DNA of 64,000 bases from Myxococcota bacterium (lineage in GTDB: Bacteria > Myxococcota > Myxococcia > Myxococcales > Myxococcaceae). The notes under the pieces are model-generated. The model saw only the letters and a list, made by a program, of their open reading frames with translations. It was not told the DNA's origin and ran no database searches. A program made the translations under genes and the position numbers. Numbering within the stretch: the stretch's first letter is position 1; each line of letters opens with the position of its first letter. The stretch spans positions 43,180-107,179 of the forward strand of contig JBFMAB010000122.1 in NCBI GenBank assembly GCA_040755835.1. The letters are read 5' to 3'. This document shows positions 38,665-49,535 of this stretch, one piece after another.

Positions 38665-39615
38665 TCAAATCTTCACGTCCACCAGCGCGCCCTGCCGCAG
38701 CTCGAGCATGTACTGCTCGGTGTACTTCTCGAGCTGCGCGCGCAGCATCTTTTCGCGCAGCTTCTCCTTCACGTCCTCGAACGGCGGCGCCGCGAGCGCG
38801 CGTCGCTCCTCGACGAAGATGACGTGCCAACCGAACTTCGTGCGGACCGGGTCGGCGACCCCGCCGACGGGCGTGGTGAAGGCGACCTTCTCGAACTCCG
38901 CGACCATCACGCCGCGGCGGAAGAAGCCCAGGTCGCCGCCGTCCGCGGCCGACGGTCCTTCGGACTTCTTCTTCGCGAGCTCGGCGAAGTTGACGCCCGG
39001 CTTGCGCGCCTCGGCGGCGAGCGCCTCGGCCTTCAGGCGCGCGGCCTCGACCTGCTCGGGCGTCGCCTTCGGGCTCACCTGCACGAGGATGTGCCGCGCG
39101 TGCACCTCGGCGTCCTGCGCCTCGTCGTGCGCCCACTTCGCGTACTCGGCCTTCAGGTCCTCGTCGGCGATCTTCACCTTCGCGCGGACCTTCAAGTTCA
39201 CCAGCTTCATCCGCGCGAGGTGCTTGCGCATGAAGGTCCGGTACGTGGACATCGTGTACCCCTCCTGCGCCAACAGCTGCTCGAACTGCTCGCTGGTGAT
39301 GTTGTTCTGCTTCTTCACGTCCTCCACCGAGAGGTCGATCTCCGACTCGGCCACCTCGATGTTCAGCTCGCGGATTTGCGCCTCCATCAGCTTCTCGCCG
39401 ATGAGCATGTCGAGGGAGCGCTTCATCACCTGCTCGCGCAGCTCGCTGCGCTTGTCCGCAGGCGCGCCCTTGAGGCCCGCCAGCTCGGGCGCCGCGCGCG
39501 CCTCGACCTCGCTCAGCGTGACGATGTCGTCGTTCACCACCGCCGCCACGCGGTCCACCAGCTCGGCGTGCGCCGCGCCGGCGACGAGGCTGATCAACAG
39601 GACGAAACGCTTCAT
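38665..39615 (-). CDS. surA: SurA-like periplasmic chaperone / parvulin-type PPIase
   Basis: Signal peptide. SurA N-terminal domain followed by a PpiC rotamase domain (HILV...FGWHVI). Confidence 0.8.
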   Translation of the reverse strand: MKRFVLLISLVAGAAHAELVDRVAAVVNDDIVTLSEVEARAAPELAGLKGAPADKRSELREQVMKRSLDMLIGEKLMEAQIRELNIEVAESEIDLSVEDVKKQNNITSEQFEQLLAQEGYTMSTYRTFMRKHLARMKLVNLKVRAKVKIADEDLKAEYAKWAHDEAQDAEVHARHILVQVSPKATPEQVEAARLKAEALAAEARKPGVNFAELAKKKSEGPSAADGGDLGFFRRGVMVAEFEKVAFTTPVGGVADPVRTKFGWHVIFVEERRALAAPPFEDVKEKLREKMLRAQLEKYTEQYMLELRQGALVDVKI

Positions 39616-39702
39616 GGTGTCGCGCCCTTAGCACGCGGAGAGCGGGCCGCGACAGCGGCTGTTAACGGCGCGGGCGGGTGCGGCATCCTCTGGGCTGAAG
39701 CG

Positions 39703-40296
39703 ATGGCGCTCCCGGCGAGCATCGAGCGGCGGCCCCAGGGCGGCGAGCGCCCGGACGGGGCTGCGCGCTGGCGGCCGTGGGTCGCCGCCGCGCGCGCAGG
39801 CGATCGGCAGGCCTTCGCGCAGCTGCACGCGCACTTCGGGAGGCTGGTGCACGCCGTCGTCATCACCCGCGTCGGCGCTTCCGACGCGAAGGACCTCGTG
39901 CAGGACGTGTTCCTCACCATGTGGCAGAAGCTGGAAACGCTGGAAGACGACCAGGCCTTCCCGGCGTGGCTGACGCAGCTCGCGCGCCACCGGGCCGCGA
40001 AGGCGCTGCGCGACCGCAAGCCGACGGAGACGCTGGACGACGAGCCGGGCCTCGCCGCGCCCGACCGCTCCGGGGCGCCCGACGCGCAGAAGGTCCTGAA
40101 GGCGCTCATGGCGTTGCCCGAGGCGTACGCGGAGCCGCTCGCGATGCGCCTCGTCGAAGGCATGAGCGGCCCGGAGATCGCCGAGCGCACCGGCCTCACC
40201 CCGGGCAGCGTCCGCGTCAACCTGCACCGCGGCATGAAGCTGCTCCGCGAGAGGCTGGGTCTCGCGCCCGCCGAGGAGGGGCCCGGCGATGAGTGA
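39703..40296 (+). CDS. ECF (sigma-70 family) RNA polymerase sigma factor
   Basis: Region 2 (DLVQDVFLTMW) and region 4 (GMSGPEIAERTGLTPGSVRVNLHRG). Confidence 0.85.
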   Translation: MALPASIERRPQGGERPDGAARWRPWVAAARAGDRQAFAQLHAHFGRLVHAVVITRVGASDAKDLVQDVFLTMWQKLETLEDDQAFPAWLTQLARHRAAKALRDRKPTETLDDEPGLAAPDRSGAPDAQKVLKALMALPEAYAEPLAMRLVEGMSGPEIAERTGLTPGSVRVNLHRGMKLLRERLGLAPAEEGPGDE

Positions 40297-41290
40297 CTAC
40301 CTCTTCGACAAGACGGGCCGCGACGAGGACGTGGAGCGCCTCGAGGACGCGCTCGGCCGGTTCGCCTACGACGGCGAGGCGCCCGAGCTGCCGGACGCCA
40401 GGCGCCGCGAGGAGCCCGTCGCGCCGCTGCCGGCGCGCGCGCGCCGCGACCGCGACGAGCTGCCGGTGCGAGCGCCGTTGCTTCCCGGCTTCCGCTGGCC
40501 GCTCGCCGCCGCGCTCGCCTTCGGCCTCGTCGCCGCGCTCTTGTCGTACTCGGCCATCAAGAAGCGCGAGGCCGACGTGCGCAGGGGCTGGAACCTCGTG
40601 CCGGTGGTGGTGGCCGCCGTCGACGTGTCCGAGGGCACGGTGGTGACGATGGAGATGCTGAGCCAGCGCAGCGTGCCGGAGCAGTTCGTCACCTCGTCCG
40701 TCGTGAAGCCGGACTCGGCGTCGTACATCGTGAACCAGAAGGTGCTGGTGCCGCTGGCCGCGGGCGACCCGCTGTTGTGGAGCCAGTTCGAGACGACGCG
40801 GGCCTCCGAGCGCCTGTCGACGAAGGTGCAGAAGCGCGCGCGCGCCATCTCCATCGAGGTGAAGGGCGTCACCTCGGTCGGCGGGTGGATTCGCCCCAAC
40901 GACCACGTCGACATCATCGGCAGCTTCAAGGACCCGCAGTCCGGCGAGCAGGTCGCGGTGACGCTGATGCAGAACGTGGTGGTGCTCTCCACGGGGAAAA
41001 TCACCGGCACCACCAACGTGAACCTCGTCCCCGAGGGCCAGCGCGACTACGGGGACGTCTCGCTGCTGGTGCTGCCCGAGGAGGCCGAGATGCTGGTGCT
41101 CGCGCAGGAGCTGGGCGCGCTCACCTTCACCCTGCGCAACGAGGAGGACCTCGACGTCCTCGCCGAGCGCGGGCGGGCCACCATCAACACGCTCCTCTCC
41201 GGCGAGCGCACCAGGGTGCTCCAGCAGAAGCGCTTCAACACCATCCAGGTGATTCGCGGCGCGGCCCGCCCAACGCCCGAGAAGCCGTAG
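40289..41290 (+). CDS. anti-sigma factor N-domain fused via one TM helix to a periplasmic CpaB-like (SAF + RcpC) domain
   Basis: The start overlaps the sigma stop (gATGAgtga) with GAGGAGG RBS. Acidic cytoplasmic N-terminus. TM helix LAAALAFGLVAALL. CpaB-like periplasmic domain. Confidence 0.75.
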   Translation: MSDYLFDKTGRDEDVERLEDALGRFAYDGEAPELPDARRREEPVAPLPARARRDRDELPVRAPLLPGFRWPLAAALAFGLVAALLSYSAIKKREADVRRGWNLVPVVVAAVDVSEGTVVTMEMLSQRSVPEQFVTSSVVKPDSASYIVNQKVLVPLAAGDPLLWSQFETTRASERLSTKVQKRARAISIEVKGVTSVGGWIRPNDHVDIIGSFKDPQSGEQVAVTLMQNVVVLSTGKITGTTNVNLVPEGQRDYGDVSLLVLPEEAEMLVLAQELGALTFTLRNEEDLDVLAERGRATINTLLSGERTRVLQQKRFNTIQVIRGAARPTPEKP

Positions 41291-42153
41291 CGTCTTCCGC
41301 GCCGGTTAACGCTTTCGGCGGCCCCGGGCTCCTCCTGGGCATGCTGAAAGGAAGAGCCCCCCTCCTCGTCGCCGCCGTCCTCGCCGCCGCCGCCTTCGCC
41401 GTCGCCTACAGCGCCATCAAGAAGCGCGAGGCCGACGTGCGGAAGGGCTGGAACCTGGTGCCGGTGGTGGTCGCCGCGGTGGACGTGTCCGAGGGCACCG
41501 TCGTGACGATGGAGATGATCAGCCAGCGCTCCATCCCCGAGCAGTTCGTCACCTCGTCCGTCGTGAAGCCGGACTCCGCGTCGTACATCGTGAACCAGAA
41601 GGTGCTGGTGCCGCTGCAGGCGGGCGACCCGCTCCTGTGGAGCCAGTTCGAGACGACGAAGGCGTCGGAGCGGCTGTCCACCAAGGTGATGAAGAAGACG
41701 CGCGCCTTCACGCTCGAGGCGAAGCCGGTGACGGCGGTGGGCGGCTGGGTGCGACCGAACGACCACATCGACATCCTCGGCACCTTCAAGGACCCGAACA
41801 CCGGCGAGCAGGTCGCACTGACGCTGCTGCAGAACATCATCGTGCTGGCGACGGGGAAGATCACCGGCACCACCAACGTGAACCTGCTGCCGGAAGGGCA
41901 GCGGGACTACAACAACGTGTCGGTGCTGGTGCTGCCCGAGGAGGCCGAGGTGCTGATGCTCGCGCGGGAGCTGGGCGAGCTGAGCTTCTCCTTGCGCAAC
42001 GAAGAGGACCTCGACGTGCTCGATGAGCGCCGGCAGACGACGGTCAGCACGCTGTTCGACGGGAAGCGGCTGCAACTCCTCATGGAGAAGCGGAAGAACA
42101 ACATCATCGACGTCATCCGCGGCAACGTGAAGCAGTCGGAGAGCGCGCCGTGA
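40530..42153 (+). repeat. tandem gene duplication (two ~750-bp CpaB-domain copies)
   Basis: Long nucleotide identity runs, for example cgcgaggccgacgtgcg.aggggctggaacct.gtgccggtggtggt.gccgc.gt.gacgtgtccgagggcac.gt.gtgacgatggagatg. Confidence 0.7.
41341..42153 (+). CDS. CpaB-like (SAF + RcpC) protein, tandem paralog of the upstream gene
   Basis: Signal-anchor. About 80% identical to residues 90-333 of the upstream protein. Confidence 0.8.
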   Translation: MLKGRAPLLVAAVLAAAAFAVAYSAIKKREADVRKGWNLVPVVVAAVDVSEGTVVTMEMISQRSIPEQFVTSSVVKPDSASYIVNQKVLVPLQAGDPLLWSQFETTKASERLSTKVMKKTRAFTLEAKPVTAVGGWVRPNDHIDILGTFKDPNTGEQVALTLLQNIIVLATGKITGTTNVNLLPEGQRDYNNVSVLVLPEEAEVLMLARELGELSFSLRNEEDLDVLDERRQTTVSTLFDGKRLQLLMEKRKNNIIDVIRGNVKQSESAP

Positions 42154-42293
42154 TGGCGCTGCTCGCGGCGGCGTGCGCCGGCGGCGCGGTGTTCTCGGCG
42201 TGGCTCGCGTTCCTGGCGCGGGAGACGTCCGCGCCCCCGCCGGAGGTGAAGGCCAGGCTCCGGCGTCGCTTCCGTCCGCGCCTGGTTCGCTAG
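42153..42293 (+). CDS. small hydrophobic protein (46 aa)
   Basis: The start overlaps the upstream stop (TGATG). Uniformly high GC3. MALLAAACAGGAVFSAWLAFLARETSAPPPEVKARLRRRFRPRLVR. It is below the ORF-track size cutoff. Confidence 0.35.
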   Translation: MALLAAACAGGAVFSAWLAFLARETSAPPPEVKARLRRRFRPRLVR

Positions 42294-42429
42294 CAGGTGG
42301 GCGGGTTCATGATCGCCATGTACCTGCTGCCCGTCTTCGCCATCGCCGAGCGCGCCGGTGGCGGTGTTCGCGAGTGAACGGCGGGTGGCCATCGCCGACA
42401 TCGAGCGCGTGGCCGAGGTGGCTCGAGCG

Positions 42430-43407
42430 CTACGGCTCGTGTGACTGGCTCGACGTCGGGCGGCCGGTCACCTGCTGCAGGACGCCGGCGTTCACCTTCA
42501 CCTCGGCCTTCGCGCGCAACGCCTGCACGTAGGCTTTCTGCGCCTCGGAGCGAAGCTGGCCGACGAGCTTCCCCTCGATGGCGGCGCGGACCTCGGCGAG
42601 TTCCTTCTTGCGCGCGGGCTTCTTCTCCACCACGCGGAAGAGGTGGAAGCCGTATTCGGTGGACACGACGTCGCTCGTCCCGCCGGGCGGCAGCTTGAAG
42701 ACGACCTCGTCGAAGGCCGCCGGCATGGTGCCGCGCGCGAAGAAGCCGAGGTCGCCGCCCACCTTCGCGTCGGGTGACAGCGAGTAGCGCCGCGCGAGGT
42801 CGCCGAACTTCTTGCCCTGCCACAGCTGCTGCTGGATGCGCTTCGCCTCGTCGAGGCCCCTCACGACGATCTGCAGCGCGTGCACCTGCTCGGGCTCCTG
42901 GAAGTCGTCGGCGTGCTCGTCGAAGTACCGGCGGATCTGCTCCTCGGTGACGGCGACGCGGGCGAAGACCTCCTGGTTCAGAAGCTTCTCGATGGTGAGC
43001 TGCTCGCGGGTGGTGCGGGTCAGCTGCGCGCGCGTGGTGCCGCTCTGCTCGAGCGCCTCGTCGAAGGTGCCGGCGGGGTACTCGCTGGCCAGCGCGAGCA
43101 CGCGGCGGTCGACCTCGTCGGGCGTGACGGTGACGCTCGCGGCGCGCGCGGCCTGCAGCAGCAAGGCGTGCTCGATGAGCGTTTCGAGCAGCGTCTGCTT
43201 GTACCGCTCGATCTGCTCGGGGCTTCGGGGGGCGACGCCTTCCATCGCCTGCGCTTCGCGGGTGAGCAGCCGCTCGAAGTCCTTCCGGCCGATGACCTCC
43301 CCGTTGACGGTGGCGACGACGTCCGGGTTTTCCTGCGGCTGATGTGGCTGCGGGCAGGCAGCGAGCGCGACGGCGGCGGCGAGCAGAGAGGTCAGGCGGA
43401 GAATCAC
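42430..43407 (-). CDS. parvulin-type (PpiC/PrsA/PpiD-like) PPIase lipoprotein
   Basis: GTG start giving MILRLTSLLAAAVALAAC (lipobox). PpiC domain (HALQIVV...YGFHLFRV). Confidence 0.75.
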   Translation of the reverse strand: MILRLTSLLAAAVALAACPQPHQPQENPDVVATVNGEVIGRKDFERLLTREAQAMEGVAPRSPEQIERYKQTLLETLIEHALLLQAARAASVTVTPDEVDRRVLALASEYPAGTFDEALEQSGTTRAQLTRTTREQLTIEKLLNQEVFARVAVTEEQIRRYFDEHADDFQEPEQVHALQIVVRGLDEAKRIQQQLWQGKKFGDLARRYSLSPDAKVGGDLGFFARGTMPAAFDEVVFKLPPGGTSDVVSTEYGFHLFRVVEKKPARKKELAEVRAAIEGKLVGQLRSEAQKAYVQALRAKAEVKVNAGVLQQVTGRPTSSQSHEP

Positions 43408-43623
43408 GGTGTGCCATCGCCTAGCACGACTGCGCCCCGGGGGCAGGCGCGCGCTCGCGTTGACGGTGCTCCCCGGGGGCGCCGACGAACGACGCCGGCG
43501 AGGTGGCACGCGGCATGCGCCGCCCGGCGCCGCCAGCAGCGAGGACCCCCGCGCGCCGACGCCGGCGCGCGCACCTCCGCCTGAAATCCTGCTGCCCGGG
43601 GACTTCGTTTCGACGCTGCCCGC

Positions 43624-45582
<1,959 letters not shown>

Positions 45583-45631
45583 GTGCGGTCTCCTCGACGA
45601 GGCGACACGGGCTCGCGCGCGGCGTTGCACG

Positions 45632-46477
45632 TCACGGCGCGTCCGTCCCCAGCAGCCGCGCCATCGACAGCTCGAGCCCCGAGCGCATCGCGCGCAAGAG
45701 GCTGTCCAGCTGCGCGTCGTCCAGCGAGAGCCGCGCGGCGAGGCCGGCGCGCGTCGCGACGAGCAGCGCTTCGTGCACCTTCGAGAGCCAGCGCGACACG
45801 GTGGACTTGTTGACGCCGTAGATGTCGCCGATGCGCTCGAGCGGCAGCCCGTCGAGCGCCTGCAGCCGCAGCACGTTGCGCTCCCGCGGCGTCAGCGTGC
45901 GCAGCGCCGCCTGGAAGGCCTCGCTGAAGACGGCCCGGTGCTGCGTCCGCACCGCGGTCAGCTCCGGGTCCGGCGCGGCCAGGGGGAGCGCCTCGAGCGC
46001 CTCGTCCTCGGCGGCGACGAGGCGTGCGCCCGGGCGGCGGGCGTTGAGCGCGGTGCGCACCGCCGCGGCGCGCAGCCAGCTGATGAGCGGTCCGTCGCCG
46101 TCGTACGTCGCGATGCGCGGCGCCTCGCCCACCAGCAGCTTCTCGCGCAGCTGCTGCAGCACCTCGTCGATGAACTCCGGCGCGGCATCGACGCGGGCGA
46201 TGGCGGCGGAGAGCCGCGAGAGGTAGCGCGCGTCGAGCTCCCGCAGCGCCACCGCGTCTGCGCGCGCGCACGCCCAGGCGAGGAAGAGGTCCTCGGCCGG
46301 CAGCGCGGTCAGCTCGCCCTTGGCTCGCGGCGCCAGCCAGGTGACGAAGGCGACGTCGTCCATCACGACGGACGGGAAGGCGTCACGTGCACGGCCGAGC
46401 AGCGCGCGCAACGCGTCCTCCAGCCCGTCGAGCGAGCGGCCGGGGGGCGCGTGCGGGACGAAGGCCTCGGCGAGCAC
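45632..46477 (-). CDS. ECF-type sigma factor with N-terminal and C-terminal extensions
   Basis: Region 2 (DLFLAWACARADAVALRELDARY, GPLISWLRAAAVRTALN) and region 4 (LQALDGLPLERIGDIYGVNKSTVSRWL). Confidence 0.75.
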   Translation of the reverse strand: MLAEAFVPHAPPGRSLDGLEDALRALLGRARDAFPSVVMDDVAFVTWLAPRAKGELTALPAEDLFLAWACARADAVALRELDARYLSRLSAAIARVDAAPEFIDEVLQQLREKLLVGEAPRIATYDGDGPLISWLRAAAVRTALNARRPGARLVAAEDEALEALPLAAPDPELTAVRTQHRAVFSEAFQAALRTLTPRERNVLRLQALDGLPLERIGDIYGVNKSTVSRWLSKVHEALLVATRAGLAARLSLDDAQLDSLLRAMRSGLELSMARLLGTDAP

Positions 46478-46501
46478 GCGCGAGAGTTTACCGTGCGCGC
46501 G

Positions 46502-46936
46502 TCACTTCGTTCCCGGCTTCATCGGGACGCGCTCGCCGGTGAGCGCCGTGCGCACCGTCACCACCGCGCGCTCCGCCAGGATGTTCGGGTCCTGCTCGTT
46601 GCGCAGCGTCGCCGACAGCTGGCCCGACGCCTTCGCCAGCGCGAGCAGCTCGGCCTCCTCCGGCAAGACGAGGAGGCTCAGCTGCCGGGGCTCGCCGGGC
46701 GCGGGTGACGCATTGGCGAGGACGATGACGTTCTGCAGCAGCGTGACGGCGACGAGTCGCTTGTCGTCGTTGAGGACCGCCACGATGTCGACGTGGTCGT
46801 TCGCGCGCAGCACCGCGCCGCCGACGACGGCCGACGTCTCGAGGGTGTAGGCGCGCGCCTTCGGCTGCACGCCGAGGGACGTGGGCGCGGGCGAGGCGGC
46901 GAGGACGATGACGGCGGCGGTGACGAGCGGGTGCAT
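46502..46936 (-). CDS. secreted CpaB C-terminal (RcpC-like) domain protein (144 aa)
   Basis: AGGAG RBS. Signal peptide MHPLVTAAVIVLAASPAPTS. Homologous to the C-terminal third of the two CpaB-like proteins (HVDIVAVLND...LLQNVIVLA...LLVLPEEAELLALA...TLRNEQD). Confidence 0.65.
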   Translation of the reverse strand: MHPLVTAAVIVLAASPAPTSLGVQPKARAYTLETSAVVGGAVLRANDHVDIVAVLNDDKRLVAVTLLQNVIVLANASPAPGEPRQLSLLVLPEEAELLALAKASGQLSATLRNEQDPNILAERAVVTVRTALTGERVPMKPGTK

Positions 46937-47325
46937 GCAGGCTCCTGGTGACGGCGGGTTTCCGAAGGGACACAGGCGCGCGGGAAACGTTGCGCGCCGC
47001 CGGCACGCCCGCCGTTTCAAGACGTTGTCTTCGGCCTGGCAGGGCGGTGTCCGAGCGACGGTGAGGAAGCGTGGGAGACGGCCGTGACGGGCCTGCTCCG
47101 GGTCGTGACGTACCCGGAGGACGACGGGGGCGCGTCGTGGCTGTGGGGCTCGAGCGACCGCGACACCGGCCTGTGGAAGGTCGTCCCGACGTCCGTCGGC
47201 CTCGTGCGCCCCGGGCGCGACGGCGCCGCGTGAGTCCGGGTAGGTCGAAGGACTACGGCGCATCGTCGGCCTCCGCGACGCTATCGTCATCGTCCGCTTT
47301 CCGGGGGGGCGAGGGAGACGAATCG

Positions 47326-49524
47326 GTGTCGCGAGACTTCGAGACCATCACCGCAGCCAACCCCATCGGACCCGCGCGCGGCGACGCGTGCCTCATCGTG
47401 GTGAGCACGCCGACGCGCAGCGAGCTGGGGCGGGTGCTGGTGCTGTCGAAGTCGCTGACGCTCGGGCGCGGCCGCGAGGCGGACCTCTCGCTGTCGGACG
47501 CGTCGATGTCGCGCCGCCACGCGCGTCTCACCCTGACGGAGGCCGGGGTGCAGCTCGAGGACCTGGGCTCCCGCAACGGTTGCTTCGTCAACGGGGTGCG
47601 GGTGAGCCAGGTCGACTTGCGCCACGGAGACCAGCTTCGGCTCGGCGCCACCACCTTGCACTTCCACGCGCAGGATGGGGCCGGCCCCGGGCCGGGCGCG
47701 GAGGCGCTCACCCAGTCGGGCGTCGCGCAGTGGGACTACGACGTCGCGCTCGGCGCGGTGCGCTGGTCCCGGCAGGCGGAGACAGCCCTCGAGTTGCCGA
47801 AGGGCGCGCTGGGCGACGAGGCGCGGCCGCTGCGTGAGCTGCTCCACGCGGCGCAGTGGGCGGAGGTGGCGACGGCGCTCGAGGCGCCGGGGCAGGCGCC
47901 GGTGGTGGAGGTCGACGCGCGCCTCGCGCTCGCGCCCGGGACGTGGTGGGTGCGGCTGCGCGGGCAGGTGCTGCGCGGCGAGGACGGCCGGCCCCGCCGC
48001 ATCAGCGGCACCGCGGTGAACGTGACGGCGGCGAAGCACCGCGAGCACGCGGTGGCCCGCGCCGGCCAGTTTTTCGAGAATCTGCCCGAACCGGTCATCG
48101 TCGCCGACGCCGACGGGCGCGTGGTGGAGCTCAACGGCGCGGCGCTCGATGCCTTCGCGGTCCAGCGCGGCGAGGCGCGGGGGCGCGACGTCTTCGCGGT
48201 GGCGGGCGCTTCGCCGGGCGAGGGCGTGCGACAGGAGGCCCTCGAGGCCCTGGCGAAGTCCGGCGCATGGACCGCCTCGCTCCAGTTGCGCGTCGCCGGC
48301 CAGGCGCGCCCACACCGGGTGACGGGTTTCCGGCTGCAGGACGGGGCCGAGGCGCTGGGCCTGGCGTTCCTCTTCCGAGACGTGTCCGAGCAGCACCGGT
48401 GGGAGGCGCAGCTCGACCAGATGGAGCGGATGGCGTCTCTGCATACGCTGAGCGCCGGCATCGCCCACGAGCTGAACAACCCCTTGTCCTACGTGCTGGC
48501 GAACGCGCGCGTGGCCCTCGAGCGGCTCCAGGGACATCCCGACGAGGACCTGCGCGAGGCCCTGGCCGAGTTGGTGGAGGGGAGCGAGCGCATCGCCGGC
48601 ATCGTGGGGGACCTCCGGGTCTTCGCGCGGGGCGATGCGGAGTTCGGAACACATCCGACGGACCTCGGCGCCGTCGTCGAGGCCGCGAGGAAGTTGACGG
48701 CGAAGTGGGTGGACGCGCGGGCGTCCCTCACCGTCGAGCTGACCGCGTCGCCGCTGGTGGAGGCGCACGAGCGGCGGCTCGAGCAGGTGCTGGTGAACCT
48801 GCTCATCAACGCGGCGCAGGCCATTCCCGAGCGCGCCGAGGGGAAGGGCCGTATTCTGGTGCGGGCCCAACCGAGTGACGGCGGCGTGGCGCTCGAGGTG
48901 GTCGACGACGGCGAAGGCATGACGCCCGACGTGCAGAGGCGCATCTTCGAGCCGTTCTTCACCACGCGGCCGGTGGGCGTCGGCACGGGGCTGGGGCTGG
49001 CGGTGTGTCACGGGCTGGTGCGCTCGATGGGCGGAACGCTGACGGTGCGGAGCGCGCCGGGCGAGGGAAGCACCTTCCGCCTGTGGCTCCGGGTCGCCCA
49101 GCCGCGGCGCGTCGAGGCGCCCACTCCGGCGCCCTGCTCGGGAGGCGAGCGGAAGCTGAAGGTGCTGCTCGTCGACGACGAGCCGCTGGTGCTCAAGGCG
49201 CTTGCGCGGATTCTCAAGGCGCATGAGGTGACGACGGTGTCCTCGGTGCGCGCCGCCCTCGAGCACTTCTCGGCCGGGGCGCGCTTCGACGTGCTGTTGT
49301 GCGACCTGATGATGCCGGAGCAGACGGGCATCGACCTCTACGAGCGCCTGAAGGTGGAGGTGCCGGAGCAGGCGGCGCGCATGGTGTTCCTGACGGGCGG
49401 CGCCTTCACCGAGCGCGCGGACCGCTTTCTCAAGTCCGTGCGCAACCGGCAGCTCATCAAACCCGTCGACGCGACCGTGCTCCGGCAGACGGTGTTCGAG
49501 GTAGGCGGCGCCCTGCAGGCGTAG
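47326..49524 (+). CDS. FHA - PAS - histidine kinase - receiver hybrid sensor kinase
   Basis: GAGGGAG RBS with GTG start.
FHA domain (LTLGRGREADLSLSDASMSRRHARL...GSRNGCFVNG).
PAS region.
H-box SAGIAHELNNPL.
N/G boxes.
C-terminal receiver domain (LLVDDE...CDLMMPE). Confidence 0.8.
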   Translation: MSRDFETITAANPIGPARGDACLIVVSTPTRSELGRVLVLSKSLTLGRGREADLSLSDASMSRRHARLTLTEAGVQLEDLGSRNGCFVNGVRVSQVDLRHGDQLRLGATTLHFHAQDGAGPGPGAEALTQSGVAQWDYDVALGAVRWSRQAETALELPKGALGDEARPLRELLHAAQWAEVATALEAPGQAPVVEVDARLALAPGTWWVRLRGQVLRGEDGRPRRISGTAVNVTAAKHREHAVARAGQFFENLPEPVIVADADGRVVELNGAALDAFAVQRGEARGRDVFAVAGASPGEGVRQEALEALAKSGAWTASLQLRVAGQARPHRVTGFRLQDGAEALGLAFLFRDVSEQHRWEAQLDQMERMASLHTLSAGIAHELNNPLSYVLANARVALERLQGHPDEDLREALAELVEGSERIAGIVGDLRVFARGDAEFGTHPTDLGAVVEAARKLTAKWVDARASLTVELTASPLVEAHERRLEQVLVNLLINAAQAIPERAEGKGRILVRAQPSDGGVALEVVDDGEGMTPDVQRRIFEPFFTTRPVGVGTGLGLAVCHGLVRSMGGTLTVRSAPGEGSTFRLWLRVAQPRRVEAPTPAPCSGGERKLKVLLVDDEPLVLKALARILKAHEVTTVSSVRAALEHFSAGARFDVLLCDLMMPEQTGIDLYERLKVEVPEQAARMVFLTGGAFTERADRFLKSVRNRQLIKPVDATVLRQTVFEVGGALQA

Positions 49525-49535
49525 CGGGCCGCGCG

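Noticed and set aside
42297-42380. 27-aa ORF VGGFMIAMYLLPVFAIAERAGGGVRE
   Set aside because: It is too short to support alone. It is mentioned only as a possible small peptide at the operon end.
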